A stretch of DNA of 64,000 nt. Origin: Octopus vulgaris. Lineage: Eukaryota. Shown here in pieces: positions 51,111 through 63,724 of the stretch. The stretch's first letter is position 1. Every line of letters starts with the position of its first letter. The notes beneath the pieces are model-generated. The model worked only from the letters and a program-made list of their open reading frames with translations, had not been told where the DNA came from and made no database searches. The position numbers were made by a program, and so were the translations under genes. Location: positions 50,096,001 to 50,160,000 of the forward strand of contig OX597828.1 in assembly GCA_951406725.2 (NCBI GenBank). Reading direction: 5' to 3'.

Positions 51111-51938
51111 CAATGCGAGGATGAAGCGATAGATGACGCCAGTAGTTTATCGAAGCTTCGTTCTTGATATTTAATCCTAAGGTCAGTTCTGAATTAGCTG
51201 ACCTTTAACGAGCGTCACTTAGCCCTGATCATTCTTTCTCTTGTCACACATAGCGAATCAAGGGCTGCATGATCTCGTGTATCGTTTAAAAGTGAAAATG
51301 ACAGTAGAATGTGTTTTGAGAAAGGTCTGACTGCTACTTTCAGCAGATCGAACAACCAAGTAATGGTTTCATGGTTGGATCGTTAACCAAGAAATTTACA
51401 ATGGAGACAGACAACGGAGACTGATATTAACGAGTTCAGTAATCACTAATGAAAATGTTTAACGAAATTGATAAAATAATTACGCGAAACCATCAATTTA
51501 TGACGATATTGTATTTGACGTGAAACTATTTCTGTTTTAAATCAAAACTTAATTTCCTATTTTTGTCAATGCAATTTATTACACGATAACAGGAGAGTGT
51601 ATATATAAGTAAAATAATGGTAAATGGTTTACGTAGACGTCTCTTATATGACATGATTGAATTGAAGTCCATTACTGGTGTTGTCGTGTTGTTTAAAAAT
51701 AAAAACGTCAATGGAAGAACGAAATTTACTCTTGTTTTGGTGCTGTTTGATTCTTTGGTGGTAATGTTTTTTTGCAGCAATTCTCTTAATGCTATTTAAG
51801 TGTCTAATGTAGAAAAGAAGAGGTCAGATAAATGTGACTGGAACGCCTTTATTCATTGTTGTGTCCGATCGGGGCTGATTATAAGGTTAAACAACAACGA
51901 TAACAAGAACAATAACAAAAACATTTTAGATCGATTCT

Positions 51939-52101
51939 CTTTTACTCTTTTATTTGTTTCAGTCATTTGACGGCGGCCATGCTGGAGCACCGCCTTTAGT
52001 CGACCAAATCGCCCCCAGGACTTATTCTTTGTAAGCCTAGTACTTATTCTATCGGTCTTTTTTGCCGAACCGCTAAGTTACGAGGACGTAAACACACCAG
52101 C

Positions 52102-52103
<2 letters not shown>
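51939..52103 (-). mobile_element. SINE family A 3' half
   Basis: Similarity to other copies; ends at internal microsatellite. Confidence 0.8.
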
Positions 52104-52134
<31 letters not shown>

Positions 52135-53613
52135 CATATGTATATAGATATATATACGGGGGGGGGGGGTGATTGTGTATAGAAGAATATATTAATAAAA
52201 GGAATTCCTACCTTATCTGATTTTCACGTTTTATTTACATTATATTATCTTATATTATATCATTATAAGATTGTAAATAAAACGTGAAAATCAGACATGG
52301 TTGGAATTCCTTTTATTAATATATGTATATATATATATATGTATGTATAAATATATTTGTGCGTGCGTTTTTGTGTTTAATCCCACCACTTGACAACCAG
52401 CGTTGGTTTGTTTACGTCTTCGTGGTCCTACAAAAAAGAACCTGATAGAATAAGTACCAGATTTATAATGAAATGTGCTTTAGATTCACCCTTTAAGGCC
52501 GAAGTAAAAGAATAAAAGAAAATAATGTATATGTATAATACACACACACACACACACACATGTGTGCTCATATATGTATATATAAATACTAGCAAACGCA
52601 CCTGTCCTTTGGACGTCTTCAGTTGCTTTGGTGATATTTTTTCACCAAATAAATGAACTACCGAGAAGGTTTATGAGTAGTACGGCAATCTATATTTCCG
52701 ATTAACCAAGGAACGGAAAACCAAATTGAAGGCTGGTTATTGTGGAGATCGTTTCACTTTAATGATCATAGGACATATAAGTTTGCAAGCGATGCAAAAT
52801 AGAGTTACTGAAGTGTTTTGGGAGTAGATTACGGATAATGACTACAAAATATAGTTGTTTTATATGAAAAGGAAATTTCTTGTGATTGTTTAAAAAGGCT
52901 TCAATGACAATGCTAAAACGTATTTGAAACAATGGACAACAGTCGAAATATTATAATGGATGAGTAAATAAGCATCCTTAAAGCAAAAGAACGCATTGGT
53001 AGGTAAACAAAGGCATCAATAAATAGAAGAGAGGGAAGGGAGCATCAAGATAGATAAAGGTAAACATGCCAAAATATAATGCAGTTTAAATATGGAGATT
53101 AAGATTGTTTAGTATTGGACATTCATCGCGTACAGTATTCCTAGTCAATTTAATCACTGTCGCAGGTGGACAGTCGAAATAAATAGACAAAATCCATTCA
53201 CTTTTATAATAATCTCTAACTAAAATACTCAATACACACCAATACGTATATAAAAAATATAGAAAGTAATAATACACAATTACAACATATAAATAAATAA
53301 TAAATACATAAATGTGAAAACCACTAAAAAATATTCTCTAATGCCAATACACGACCAAATAGATTAAAAAATTATGGAAGACTCTACATACAAAAAACTA
53401 TGTACATACAACGAATTAGAGAAAAGTTGGTCCATTTATGTGGGAGCTCTGGGCAAAATGTTATAGTGCATGACCATCTTTGGGACATAAATAATGTGTG
53501 TGTAAAGTGTGGTGAAAAACGGTTGAGAATTGTGGAAATGCATGCGCTATCAATATACACACACATACTGTAATTTATATATACTAGATATATATATATG
53601 TTTGCATATACTC

Positions 53614-53646
<33 letters not shown>

Positions 53647-55554
53647 TGTATGTATGTATGTATGTATGTATGTATGTATGTATGTATGTATGTATGCATG
53701 CATGTATGTTCGTATGTATGTATATATGAATGCATATTAATATTTACATATGTATCTAATAATACATACATAGACGCATACAGTTACATATATACACACA
53801 GATACTTACATCTGTACACGTGACACATCTTGAACGAAATATTTATTTAAGAAACATAAAATAACGAGAAAATCTAATTAGTTTCCGTTAATTGGTAAAT
53901 CGTGAAGAGATTAATTTAGTAATTATCCAATAGTGACGATATTAACATTGACTGAAAAAAGATTTAGAATATTTTAAAGGACCGAATTTGACAATTCTTA
54001 GCACAGCAATTATAGTCGGATTTAGTTACATAATTAAAGAAAATAGACGATAGAAGGAAGAGAAGAAAATGAAGAATAAGAGAGAGAGAGAGAGGGGGGA
54101 AGAGGTAGAAAGAGGGGGAGAGGGAAAGAGAGAGAGAGGGGGAAAGAGAGAGAGAGAGGGGGAAAGAGAGAGAAAGGAGAGATATAATTTAAATACGAAA
54201 GTAAAAGAAAAGAGATAAAGAGATAGTTAAATTATTAGCTGGATTTTATATTCTTAAAAAAATAATAAATCTAATTTTATTTTAATCAAATTGAAGATTG
54301 TGGTTTAAATTTTCGAATTATTATGATTAAACATGATGAATCATATAATGTTTCGCATAATGAATTGAGTAAGCAATGAGGTTTCAATATCCGTTGGAAG
54401 TAATTTCACACAGGGAAAGCAAAGATTTCGCTATGCATAATTTAGTCTTCTCTAAATCCTTGTGTCAAGCCGGAGTAATTTCTTTGGAATCATTCGTCCT
54501 ATGTCTTTAAGAGATATGTTTCAGGTGAACCGAATCTAGGATCGATCGTTGAATGTCGAGTGTTAGATAATCAGTCATGCGAAAAGATATAAACTTAATT
54601 AGAAAATCGGAATCGCTTGAAATACTGCATAAAAAAAAAAACTATGTAAAGCACTTTATAAAAAGAAAACAAAAATATATTATAACAAAATTATGTGAAA
54701 TACGTTATAACAAGTTATATTGAAATACTTTATGAGAAGCTTAACTAAAATTCTCTATAACAAAACTTTGGCGAAATACGTTTATAATATGATATCTAGA
54801 ACTATTGCATAACAAAACTAACAAAATTAACCGAAATACTTCATCACAAAACTGTTACAACGAACTTTCTTGAAATACTTTGTAACAAAACTGAATCCTT
54901 ATAACCACATAACTTCCGCTTCCGTTTGCAACTTCTCTTTCTCGCTCCCTATGTATGTATGTATGTATGTATGTATGTATGTATGTATGTATGTATGTAT
55001 GTATGCATGTATGTATGTATGTATGTATGTATGTATGTATGTATGTATGTATGGCGGTTGCTAGTACACTGCCGGCATGTTCCGAAACCCCTTCAGTGGG
55101 AATTGTGCCACCGGAGGGGGGGGATTTGAGGACTCTCCCTATGTGGAGGAGGAATTTTGTTGTCCTGTTCCACAAGGGAGGGGAAATCCCCCCAAAATGA
55201 TAAAAATGTTTAATAAAAAAAGGTCGAAGGGAAGGGATTCTTACCTGTACCAAGAACCCTAATTGGCCTCTGCAGGTAGCTGCGGAGGTCGTGTGGGAAG
55301 CAATTTGTTCGAGGTAATGGATTCCTTCCCCGAAGACATATTCCGCTTCATACTGAAGCACCTCAAACTAGCTCCATGGAAGTGCTTGAGTGAAGCATTG
55401 AGCCTGGTCAGGTGACGGCAGGGAGAAAAAAATTAAGAGGCTTAGTGCCTCGTTTTGTGTTTCAAAATGAAGGTAAGAGGTTTAATACCTAGTATTGTTT
55501 TTACTGTGTAAAAAACAAACAAACAAAAAAAAAAGAATAATGTCTTTGAGAAGC

Positions 55555-56163
55555 AAAAGATCGGTGCATTTTCATCTTGGGAAAGAGATGGAAGTCCGCA
55601 GGTGCCAAATCTGGTGAATAGAGTGGATGTGGAAGCGGTTCTACGTTGTTTTTGGCGAGAAACTCGCGAGTGCAGAGAGCTCGGTGAAGAATCCATTTCT
55701 CCGCGTTCCAAAGACCCTGTCTCTTTTGCCAAATGTCCTCCCTCATACGCTTCAAAATGTTGCAGTAGAACTTCTGATTGACGGACTGGTGCTGGGGGAC
55801 GAATTCTCGATGCACAACACCACATTTCCGGGGTGACCCTTGTGATAGATCTTTCAGAAATATTGCGAACGACCCATTGCCTCGTCGTCGTAAGCTTGCC
55901 GAAACATGCTCAATGTCTCTGTAGCAGACATTTAAAGTTTAACGCAAAATTTCACATTGGCTCTTTATTCTTGTCCATGACAAAATCGCAGACTACAGCA
56001 AACACATGATCGCAAAAACGCAAATTTCACAACTTGCAAAGTAAACACAGTAATGTCACTCGGCCGAATGCCTCATGAATTTCACTGCTTGCGCACACAG
56101 TCGTGTGCTGCCATCTGTTGGCGCGCTGTAGAACTAGTCCGGGAATTTTTTGATATCAATTCG
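55555..56163 (-). mobile_element. Mariner transposon remnant (deleted transposase + one TIR)
   Basis: HREFVPQ.QSVNQKFY..ILKR..WILH..LPHPLYSPDLAPADFHLFPKMK; terminus tacgaattgatatcaaaaaattcccggac. Confidence 0.9.
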
Positions 56164-56250
56164 TATGTATGTACACACACAAACACACACACACACAAAC
56201 ACACACACATACACACACACAAAGACACACACACAAACACACGCACACAA

Positions 56251-56297
<47 letters not shown>

Positions 56298-56510
56298 CAC
56301 ACACACATTTCTCATCACGGTGGTTAAAGACAAAAAAAAAAACAGTTTCGAAAATAAAAGAATCTTCTTTTAACAAGTAGATTTGTTATAAAACGGAAAG
56401 AAAATGATGAATCTCTGTTTTATAAATTTTTCGTAAGAAAACTTACTAATGAGTATTTGGCTTTCTCTATTAAATTTTAGTAAGTTACTTTCTTCGTAAT
56501 AAGAAATGCC

Positions 56511-56580
<70 letters not shown>

Positions 56581-56596
56581 TTATCTATCTTTCTAT

Positions 56597-57088
56597 CTAG
56601 ACCTTTAGAGAGGCAACTTTTGTCTAGCGAATGTTTAAAAAAAAGATGGGTGAATGTAGCAAGGATGGCACGTATGAATGACGAAGCCACCTTGAACATA
56701 ATCCTATGAACCCAGAAATTGAAAACAGAGGGTTACCCACTGGCAAACAAATGTGGTAACATGTAACAATATTGACCGAGGTTACCGTGGTCTTTTCCGT
56801 AGGCTTTTCTTCCCACGGATAAACCTTATCTGCTTCCCCCTTTACACATGACACTGTGATACACGATCCCTATTGATCGTTTTTTCTTTTTCCTTTCTTT
56901 CTTTCTTTCTTTTTTTCTTTTCTTTTGTTTCTTTTGTTTCTTTTCTTTTTCTTCTTCTTTCCCTCTTACAATCCCTTTTGATCGAAAACCTACCCCACTT
57001 CTTTTTTTCTCCAAAAAAAAAAGAAAGAAAAGCTCTACTTTGTAATCTGTCCCGTCTGTGTGCAGCCCTGTGTGGCTAATAAAGAAAC
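56597..57088 (+). mobile_element. Second, shorter copy of the same Tx1-like LINE 3' end in (TCTA)n
   Basis: High similarity to 38440-38936; TCTA repeats on both sides. Confidence 0.88.
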
Positions 57089-57426
57089 ATATCTGTCTAT
57101 CTATAAATGTTTTTAGTTCGATCTTTCACTCAATACATCTTCTCACTCGCTTCTGCTCTTCGTCTCTATGTACACAGACAGACAGACAGACACACACACA
57201 CATACACACACACACACTCACACTCACACACACACACACGCATTTCTTAACACGATCGTTAAAAACATTAAACTTCTACTTTTGATAATAAACTTGTTTT
57301 TAAAAAAGAAATAGCTTACAAGATACGAAAAAAAAAATTAATCTCTATTCTTACCTGCCTCTCTCTCCCTCTCTTTCGCTCTCTTTTTCTTTGTATGTAT
57401 AACGACACATGCGTACACACGTACAC

Positions 57427-57518
<92 letters not shown>

Positions 57519-57854
57519 ATTTTACATATGAGCCTAAAGAAAAAGCAGTGCTTGTGATCTTTCACGGGACCTTCGAGGCTAGTGGAACGGACGGAAGAAT
57601 GGAGGAAGGTACTCTCGTACCGGAGAGCTGCACTGAATGCTTGCAACAGAGTGGAATCTCTTAAAAGCTCCGAAGATGTCAGGTAGTCATGTTAAACCGA
57701 GCGAACAACAGTATTACCACCCACCCCTCCCTTTCTTTCTATGTGTAATGCTGCATGTCTGTCTGTACACGCATACACCGTAAATGTACATACAAATATA
57801 ACAACTGTATTACCTCTGTATTTGTCTGCATGTTTCTCTGTCTATCTCAGTATT

Positions 57855-58465
57855 TATGTATGTATGTATGTATGTATATATATGTGTGTGTGTATGTATG
57901 CATGTATGTATGTATGTATGTATGTATGTATGTATGTATGTATGTATGCATGTATGTATGTATGTATGCATGCATGCATGCATGTATGCATGTATGCATG
58001 TATGTATGTATGTATGTATGTATGTATGTATATATGTGTGTGTGTGTATGTATGTATGTATGCATGTATGTATGTATGTATGCATGCATGCATGCATGTA
58101 TGCATGTATGTATGTATGTATGTATGTATGTATGTATGTATATGTATGTATGTATGCATGTATGCATGTATGCATGTATGTATGTATGTATGTATATGTG
58201 TGTGTGTGTATGTATGTATGCATGTATGTATGTATGTATGTATGCATGCATGTATGTATGCATGCATGCATGTATGCATGTATGCATGTATGTATGTATA
58301 TATGTGTGTGTGTGTGTATGTATGTATGCATGTATGTATGTATGTATGTATGCATGCATGTATGCATGTATGTATGTATGTATGTATGTATGTATGTATG
58401 TATGTATGTATGTATGTATGTATGTATGTATGTATGTATGTATGTATGTATGTATGTATGCATGT
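57855..58465. repeat. (TATG)n/(CATG)n microsatellite
   Basis: Direct observation; (TCTA)n arrays also at 17990-18358, 30120-30650, 37708-37808, 39360-39480, 42443-42655, 56510-56598. Confidence 0.97.
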
Positions 58466-59165
58466 ACCCACTTATTTCTCAACAGGATCATTAAAGACAT
58501 CTAATTAACTTATAAAGTTACCAATTTTGAAAATAAGAAATTTCTTGTTTCAAAAGAAGTAACTTATTACAACATAAACATCGGAAGAAAAAAATACGAG
58601 TTTATTACAAAATGGTTATTACAAAACGAAAAGAAGATGATGAATTTCCATCCTTCAAATTCGCCTAATGAAAACTTACAAATAAATATTAGTTACTCTT
58701 TGATGAATTGTAAAATTTTTCTGCAATAAAAATGCTATCTCTCCCCATCTCTCTGTCTCTGTTTGTCTGTCTGTCTCTCTCTCTATCTGTCCATCACTGT
58801 TTTTACCTCGATTTTTTTGCCCAATATACAAATAATATAGGCGATCGCAGGCATTGCTCATCTTAGGTTCCTGCATGCATTCACTTCAGAAAAATTGTTC
58901 GATAATTTTCTTTCACCCATTTTTGTATTTCTCTACAGCTGTTTCACGATGTAAACATAGTATTTTACTCTTAAAATAAAGGAGATTCAACAACACAACG
59001 GCAACGAACTCCATGGAAGTAGGCCATGCAGCAGTGACAAGACAACTTGCTGTTTGAGAATTGTCGTACATAATATCGTGTAGAGAAATAGAAGCAGTTA
59101 AAAACTGATGTGTAGCTTGATCTGTTAAATGTTTCTTGCATTTCAATATTGTTTTATCTTCTTAT

Positions 59166-59541
59166 ACTCTTTTACTCTTTTACTTGTTTCAGTCATTTGA
59201 CTGCGGCCATGCTAGAGCACCGCCTTTAGTCGAGCAAATCGACCCCAGGACTTATTCTTTGTAAGCCTAATACTTATTCTATCGGTCTCTAAACACACCA
59301 GCATCGGTTGTCAAGCGATGTTGGGGGTACAAACACAGACACAAAACACACACACACACACATATACATACATATACGACGGGCTTCTTTCAGTTTCCGT
59401 CTGCCAAATCCACTCACAAGACTTTGGTTGGCCCGAGGCTATAGTAGAAGACACTTGCCCAAGGTGCCACGCAGTGGGACTGAACCCAGAACCATGTGGT
59501 TGGTAAACAAGCTACTTACCACACAGCCACTCCTGCGCCTA
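59166..59541 (-). mobile_element. SINE family A with small internal deletion (diverged 3' piece also at ~59980-60230)
   Basis: Similarity to other copies. Confidence 0.88.
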
Positions 59542-60157
59542 TACTTTATTCTTTCTTGCATATATACTTATATTTCAATGTTTTCGGGTGTTAGAAAGTA
59601 ATTCAGAAAAATTTGATCCAAGCTATTTCGAGGTGATTTTCTTATGAATACCCACTGTATGACTTATTGTCTTATGCCAGGAATAAGCAAAACTGTGCGT
59701 CATTGAAATATAAGTGTAAATGCAAGAAAGAATAAAGTATAGGCGCAGGAGTGGCTGTGTGGTAAGTAGCTTTTTTACCAACCACATGGCTCTACCGCAA
59801 TGTATCATCAGATGAAAGGATGAGCCTATATGAGCAGACGACTATTTTAATAGAAACTGATGGATAAAGAAATCTTACGTAATTACTATTTAACTTTGGA
59901 ATGCATCGCCCATATTCAAAGAACCTTCTTGGTTTAGTGGTACGGAACGTTTTCTTGTATTCTTTTCTTCTTTTTCTTCTTTCAGCCATTTGACGGTGGC
60001 CATGCTAGAGCACCATCCTTTAGTCGAAGAACGTGACCCCTGGACTTATTCCCTGTAAGCCTGAAGCTTATTCTATCAGTTTCTTCTGCCGAACAGTTAA
60101 ATTACAGAGACGTAAACGCGCCAACATCGGTGTGAAGCAATGGTGGTGGTGGTGGGA

Positions 60158-60207
<50 letters not shown>

Positions 60208-61080
60208 TACATACATACATGATGGGCTTGGAGGTAGTGGTGATGCTGGCTGGTGCGATTTTGTGATTTGCTGGTATGCTGAAAGGGATCCAGCGCACAA
60301 TCATTTACATACATATATATGCATACACATACACAAACCTATACCTAGAGAGAGAGAGGCAAACAGACAGACAGTGTCAGATAGTCCACAATGAAGTTTT
60401 CACCTCTCTCTCTCTTACGCCGGGCAAAATGGTTAGTGACATTTAGTCCGTTTTTACGTTCTAAGTTAAAATTTCGCCGAGGTCGATTTGCTTTTCATCC
60501 TTTCGGGTTCGATAAAATAAGTACCAGTTGAATACTGGGGTCGATGTAATCAACTCACCCTACCCCACCAAATTGCAAAATTTGAAGCCATTATTACCTC
60601 CACCTTAGCGAAGGCTGATGTATTGTTTTCAGTCGTGCTTGTTTGTTTGTCCGTGACAAGATATCTCAAGAACCGCTCGATGGATTCGGATGAAACTATC
60701 AGGGATGTTTGGCCTCGTGACAGGGACGAACTAGTCTGGTACCGAACAAGGATTATGGATTATTTGTTATATTTACTTTACTTTACATGATTACGATCTT
60801 ACGCTGACTTTCAAGTCTTTCTCAATTATCTCCCTTTAGGCTGTTTCCAAAGTTTAATTTCTGTTTCTCTATTATTAATTTTACTCACGTCTCTATTTTA
60901 ATAGAAACAGATGGATAAAGAAATCAAACTACATAAACAAACGGCAGCAAAATCGTTCAGAAATTGAACAACACTAACAAATTTTTATAATATATATATT
61001 ATACATACATACAACACTTTAAAATATACTTATTTATATAAATAATCTGTTGCCTCGTGGAATATATATTCCCCTTGGCT

Positions 61081-61188
61081 TCTTTGCCGATGAGACGGGC
61101 CATTGGTAAATTGATTTAATTAAATTAAATTAAATTTAATTGGGCTGGTTTGCCAATATGTACGTCGAAACTATGCATAGTCCAAAGA
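61081..61188 (+). ncRNA. Type I hammerhead ribozyme motif with extended stem II
   Basis: tctttg-CCGATGA-gacg..(attggtaaa/tttgccaat)..cgtc-GAAA-ctatgcataGTC-caaaga; perfect 6-bp stem I and palindromic ACTATGCATAGT. Confidence 0.85.
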
Positions 61189-61519
61189 TGATAAGGGTAA
61201 ATGTTTTTAATTTTCCTTTGATTTCTGAATTACTACTATTTAGCGGTTTGAGTTTGGCTGCTCGTTTTAGTGAGTCGAATGGCCTATCAAGGCCATTCCT
61301 TAATATTATTGTTATATATCTAAATACATACATCTATACATCGATCTAAAACAACAGGAATACTAAGGGAAGACCGGAATTTAAGAGAAGAGAAAACGAA
61401 AAGGTCTCATTGTATTCATTTAAAAATTCCTGAGTAGAACTTATTATTACCTCCGCCTTTGATACTATTTTGAATGGTGAGTTTATTAACTTTGGTTTGT
61501 TTTAGATAAGGATAAACTA

Positions 61520-61825
61520 TTTGTTTTGTTCCTTCTCGAGCCGCGCTTGGCTCAGAGGGCCGGTTTCCCGGTTTCCTTGGCGTATAGGTTCCCCACCTGG
61601 ACGGAACGCCGGTCCGTCGCAGGTGAGCTGCAAGATGCAGGAGGAAAGAGTTAGAGAATGTTGTGGAGAAAGAGTCAGCAGAAGTTCGCCATTACCTTCT
61701 GCCGGAGTCGCGTGGAGCTTAGGTGTTTCGCTCATAAACACATACATCGTCTGGTCTGAGATTCGAACCGACGATCCTTCGACCGCGAGTCCGCTGCTCT
61801 AACCACTAGGCCATGTACCTCCACA
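61520..61825 (-). mobile_element. SINE family B variant
   Basis: Head gtggaggtacatggcctagtggttagagcagcggactcgcgg on minus strand. Confidence 0.85.
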
Positions 61826-62519
61826 AGGATAAACTATTGCTGTTACTAAATTTTCTACAGCCACTTTCACATTCCATGACTTCCACTGGAATCGATCAGG
61901 TGCCGGACAAGGAATCTGGATTATTTTTCAGGTTTTTTTCATTTAATTTTTGAGAGCGGTCGGCTTCATTTTTAGTATTCTCGTTTATGAGAGCAACCAA
62001 GCTTATTTCAGATATTCTCATTTAAAAAAATCATCTCTAGCTAATCGTTGAGAGGACATTGGTGTTGCCTTGGAGGAGTTTTGCGCTCTCTGAGTGCTCT
62101 TGTTATTATTATTGTTGTTGTTATGGTGGTTGTGGCCAACAAGTAATTTATCATAGTATAATATTTTATGTTTTTTAAAGTGAATATTTAAATTAGAAGC
62201 CAAAGATTAAACAAACAAACAAAAAACCGTACCATCCTCAACCGCCTCTTTTTTATCCCCAGTAGCCATTTAAAATTTTCCACCACTCCGGGGTTAGATA
62301 CTGTCTCCTCTGAGAAACCCTGATCTAAAAACTATTGTGAATTTTTTTTGACATAATATCCTCTTATGTTGTCTGCGATTACAACTTTTTGATTTGATAT
62401 GTAAAAGAAAGGAAATTGATATGAGGAAACCAATGTTGCGGTTGTCTGAGGTTATAAATAGGTGACGAGTGGATCAATAATTATAGATAGGTCGAAGATG
62501 TTATGGAGGAAGAGATGGC

Positions 62520-63147
62520 GTGGTGGTGGTGGTAGTGGTGGTAGTAATGGCAGTGATGAAGGTGGTGGTAGTGGTGGTGATAGAGATAGTGTTGATGATG
62601 GGGATGATGATATGGCGTGCTGATTACGATGGAAATATTGGTGAGGGTGGTGGTGGTGGTGGTGGTTATGGTGGTGGCTATGATGGTGGTGGTGATGTAA
62701 ATAATGATGATGATGATGATGATGTCGACGACGACAATGATGACGATGGTGATGACAATGGTGACGACGATGGTGATATGACTACAACCACGGCGACGAT
62801 GTTGATGATGATGATGATGATGATGATGACGACGATAATGAATACAACCACGGCGACGATGTTGATTGATGATCAGGATGATGATGATGATGGTGGTGAT
62901 GGTGATGAAGAAGAAGAAGAAGAAGGAGATGGTGATTATGATGACGACGACGGCTGTGTAAACACTTCAGAAAAATGTCTGACAACATTACGTTTTGTTG
63001 GGTGCCACTTCAACTTAGATTAAATCACTTTTAATCATAAATCATATTTTATTGTTGTGTCAGTGTTAACTGGATTCGGCCGTAATAAGAATCCTCTTTT
63101 TCTTTTTCACACGTCGTCTTCATCATCATCATTATCGTCATCATCAC

Positions 63148-63196
<49 letters not shown>

Positions 63197-63240
63197 GTCA
63201 TCGTCATCGTCATCGTCGTCGTCGTCGTCGTTGTCGTAAT
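62520..63240. repeat. Mixed GGT/GAT and CAT trinucleotide arrays
   Basis: Direct observation; similar CTA/CCA array at 21565-21770. Confidence 0.9.
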
Positions 63241-63371
63241 GACACTTGTCACCATTATCTCGCTCTCACATTCGCTCCCAAGCATCACCACAAACCACCA
63301 CGAAGGTAAAAGCAATTATGACTTCTCAAAGAAGCTCTGAAAGTGATAACTACCTACCTACCTACCTACAC

Positions 63372-63402
<31 letters not shown>

Positions 63403-63408
<6 letters not shown>

Positions 63409-63590
63409 TAATACAAACAAGAAAACAAAAACAAAAAACAACAACGCAAGGACGTGGAACAATAAAGTATTATTGGACGCTCAGGAAAGAAGGGAAGAAG
63501 GAGGGTTTGACGTTTCGAGCGGAGCTCTTCGTCGGAAACTTACGAGAAGGAAAGATCCAGAGAAAGGAAGACAGGGGAAAAAATCGCTAG
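63403..63590 (-). mobile_element. Solo Penelope-like terminal repeat (pLTR) fragment ending at (TA)n
   Basis: Similar to 5760-5953 (tcctgagcg..aataatact..ttgttcc..gttgttgtttttt); abuts (TA)n at ~63376-63403. Confidence 0.75.
63505..63539 (-). ncRNA. Minimal type I hammerhead ribozyme motif (same family as 5831)
   Basis: Reverse complement gttt-CCGACGA-a-gagc(tcc)gctc-GAAACGTC-aaac with perfect stem I. Confidence 0.8.
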
Positions 63591-63676
63591 TGATACAGAC
63601 GAGGTCACTTCCTCCACCTCACTCTCTATTTTATATCTTATCTAAATTAACTATTTCTTAACTATCCTCTCACACA

Positions 63677-63724
63677 GTCTCCGATGAAGGGATATAATAA
63701 ATATCCTAGAAAGAGCTGTAAGAC
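63677..63724 (+). ncRNA. Type I hammerhead ribozyme motif
   Basis: gtct-CCGATGA-a-gggata..tatcct-a-GAAA-gagctGTA-agac; stem III one change from the palindrome ACAGCTGT. Confidence 0.72.

Larger units (their letters stand above)
60590..62103 (+). mobile_element. Fragmented non-autonomous DNA elements with subterminal inverted repeats and 3' hairpin (HINE/Helentron- or CryptonA-like)
   Basis: ttattacctcc(a/g)cc at 60591 and 61444; 3' ccttggaggagt plus hairpin gcgctc-tct-gagtgc at ~62068-62098; interrupted by other insertions. Confidence 0.55.

Noticed and set aside
52588-53550. Possible Helitron-like remnant starting tactagca
   Set aside because: No recognisable Rep/helicase motif or matching terminus
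62520-63023. Gly/Asp-rich 167-aa ORF
   Set aside because: Mixed trinucleotide repeats; no splice or homology support
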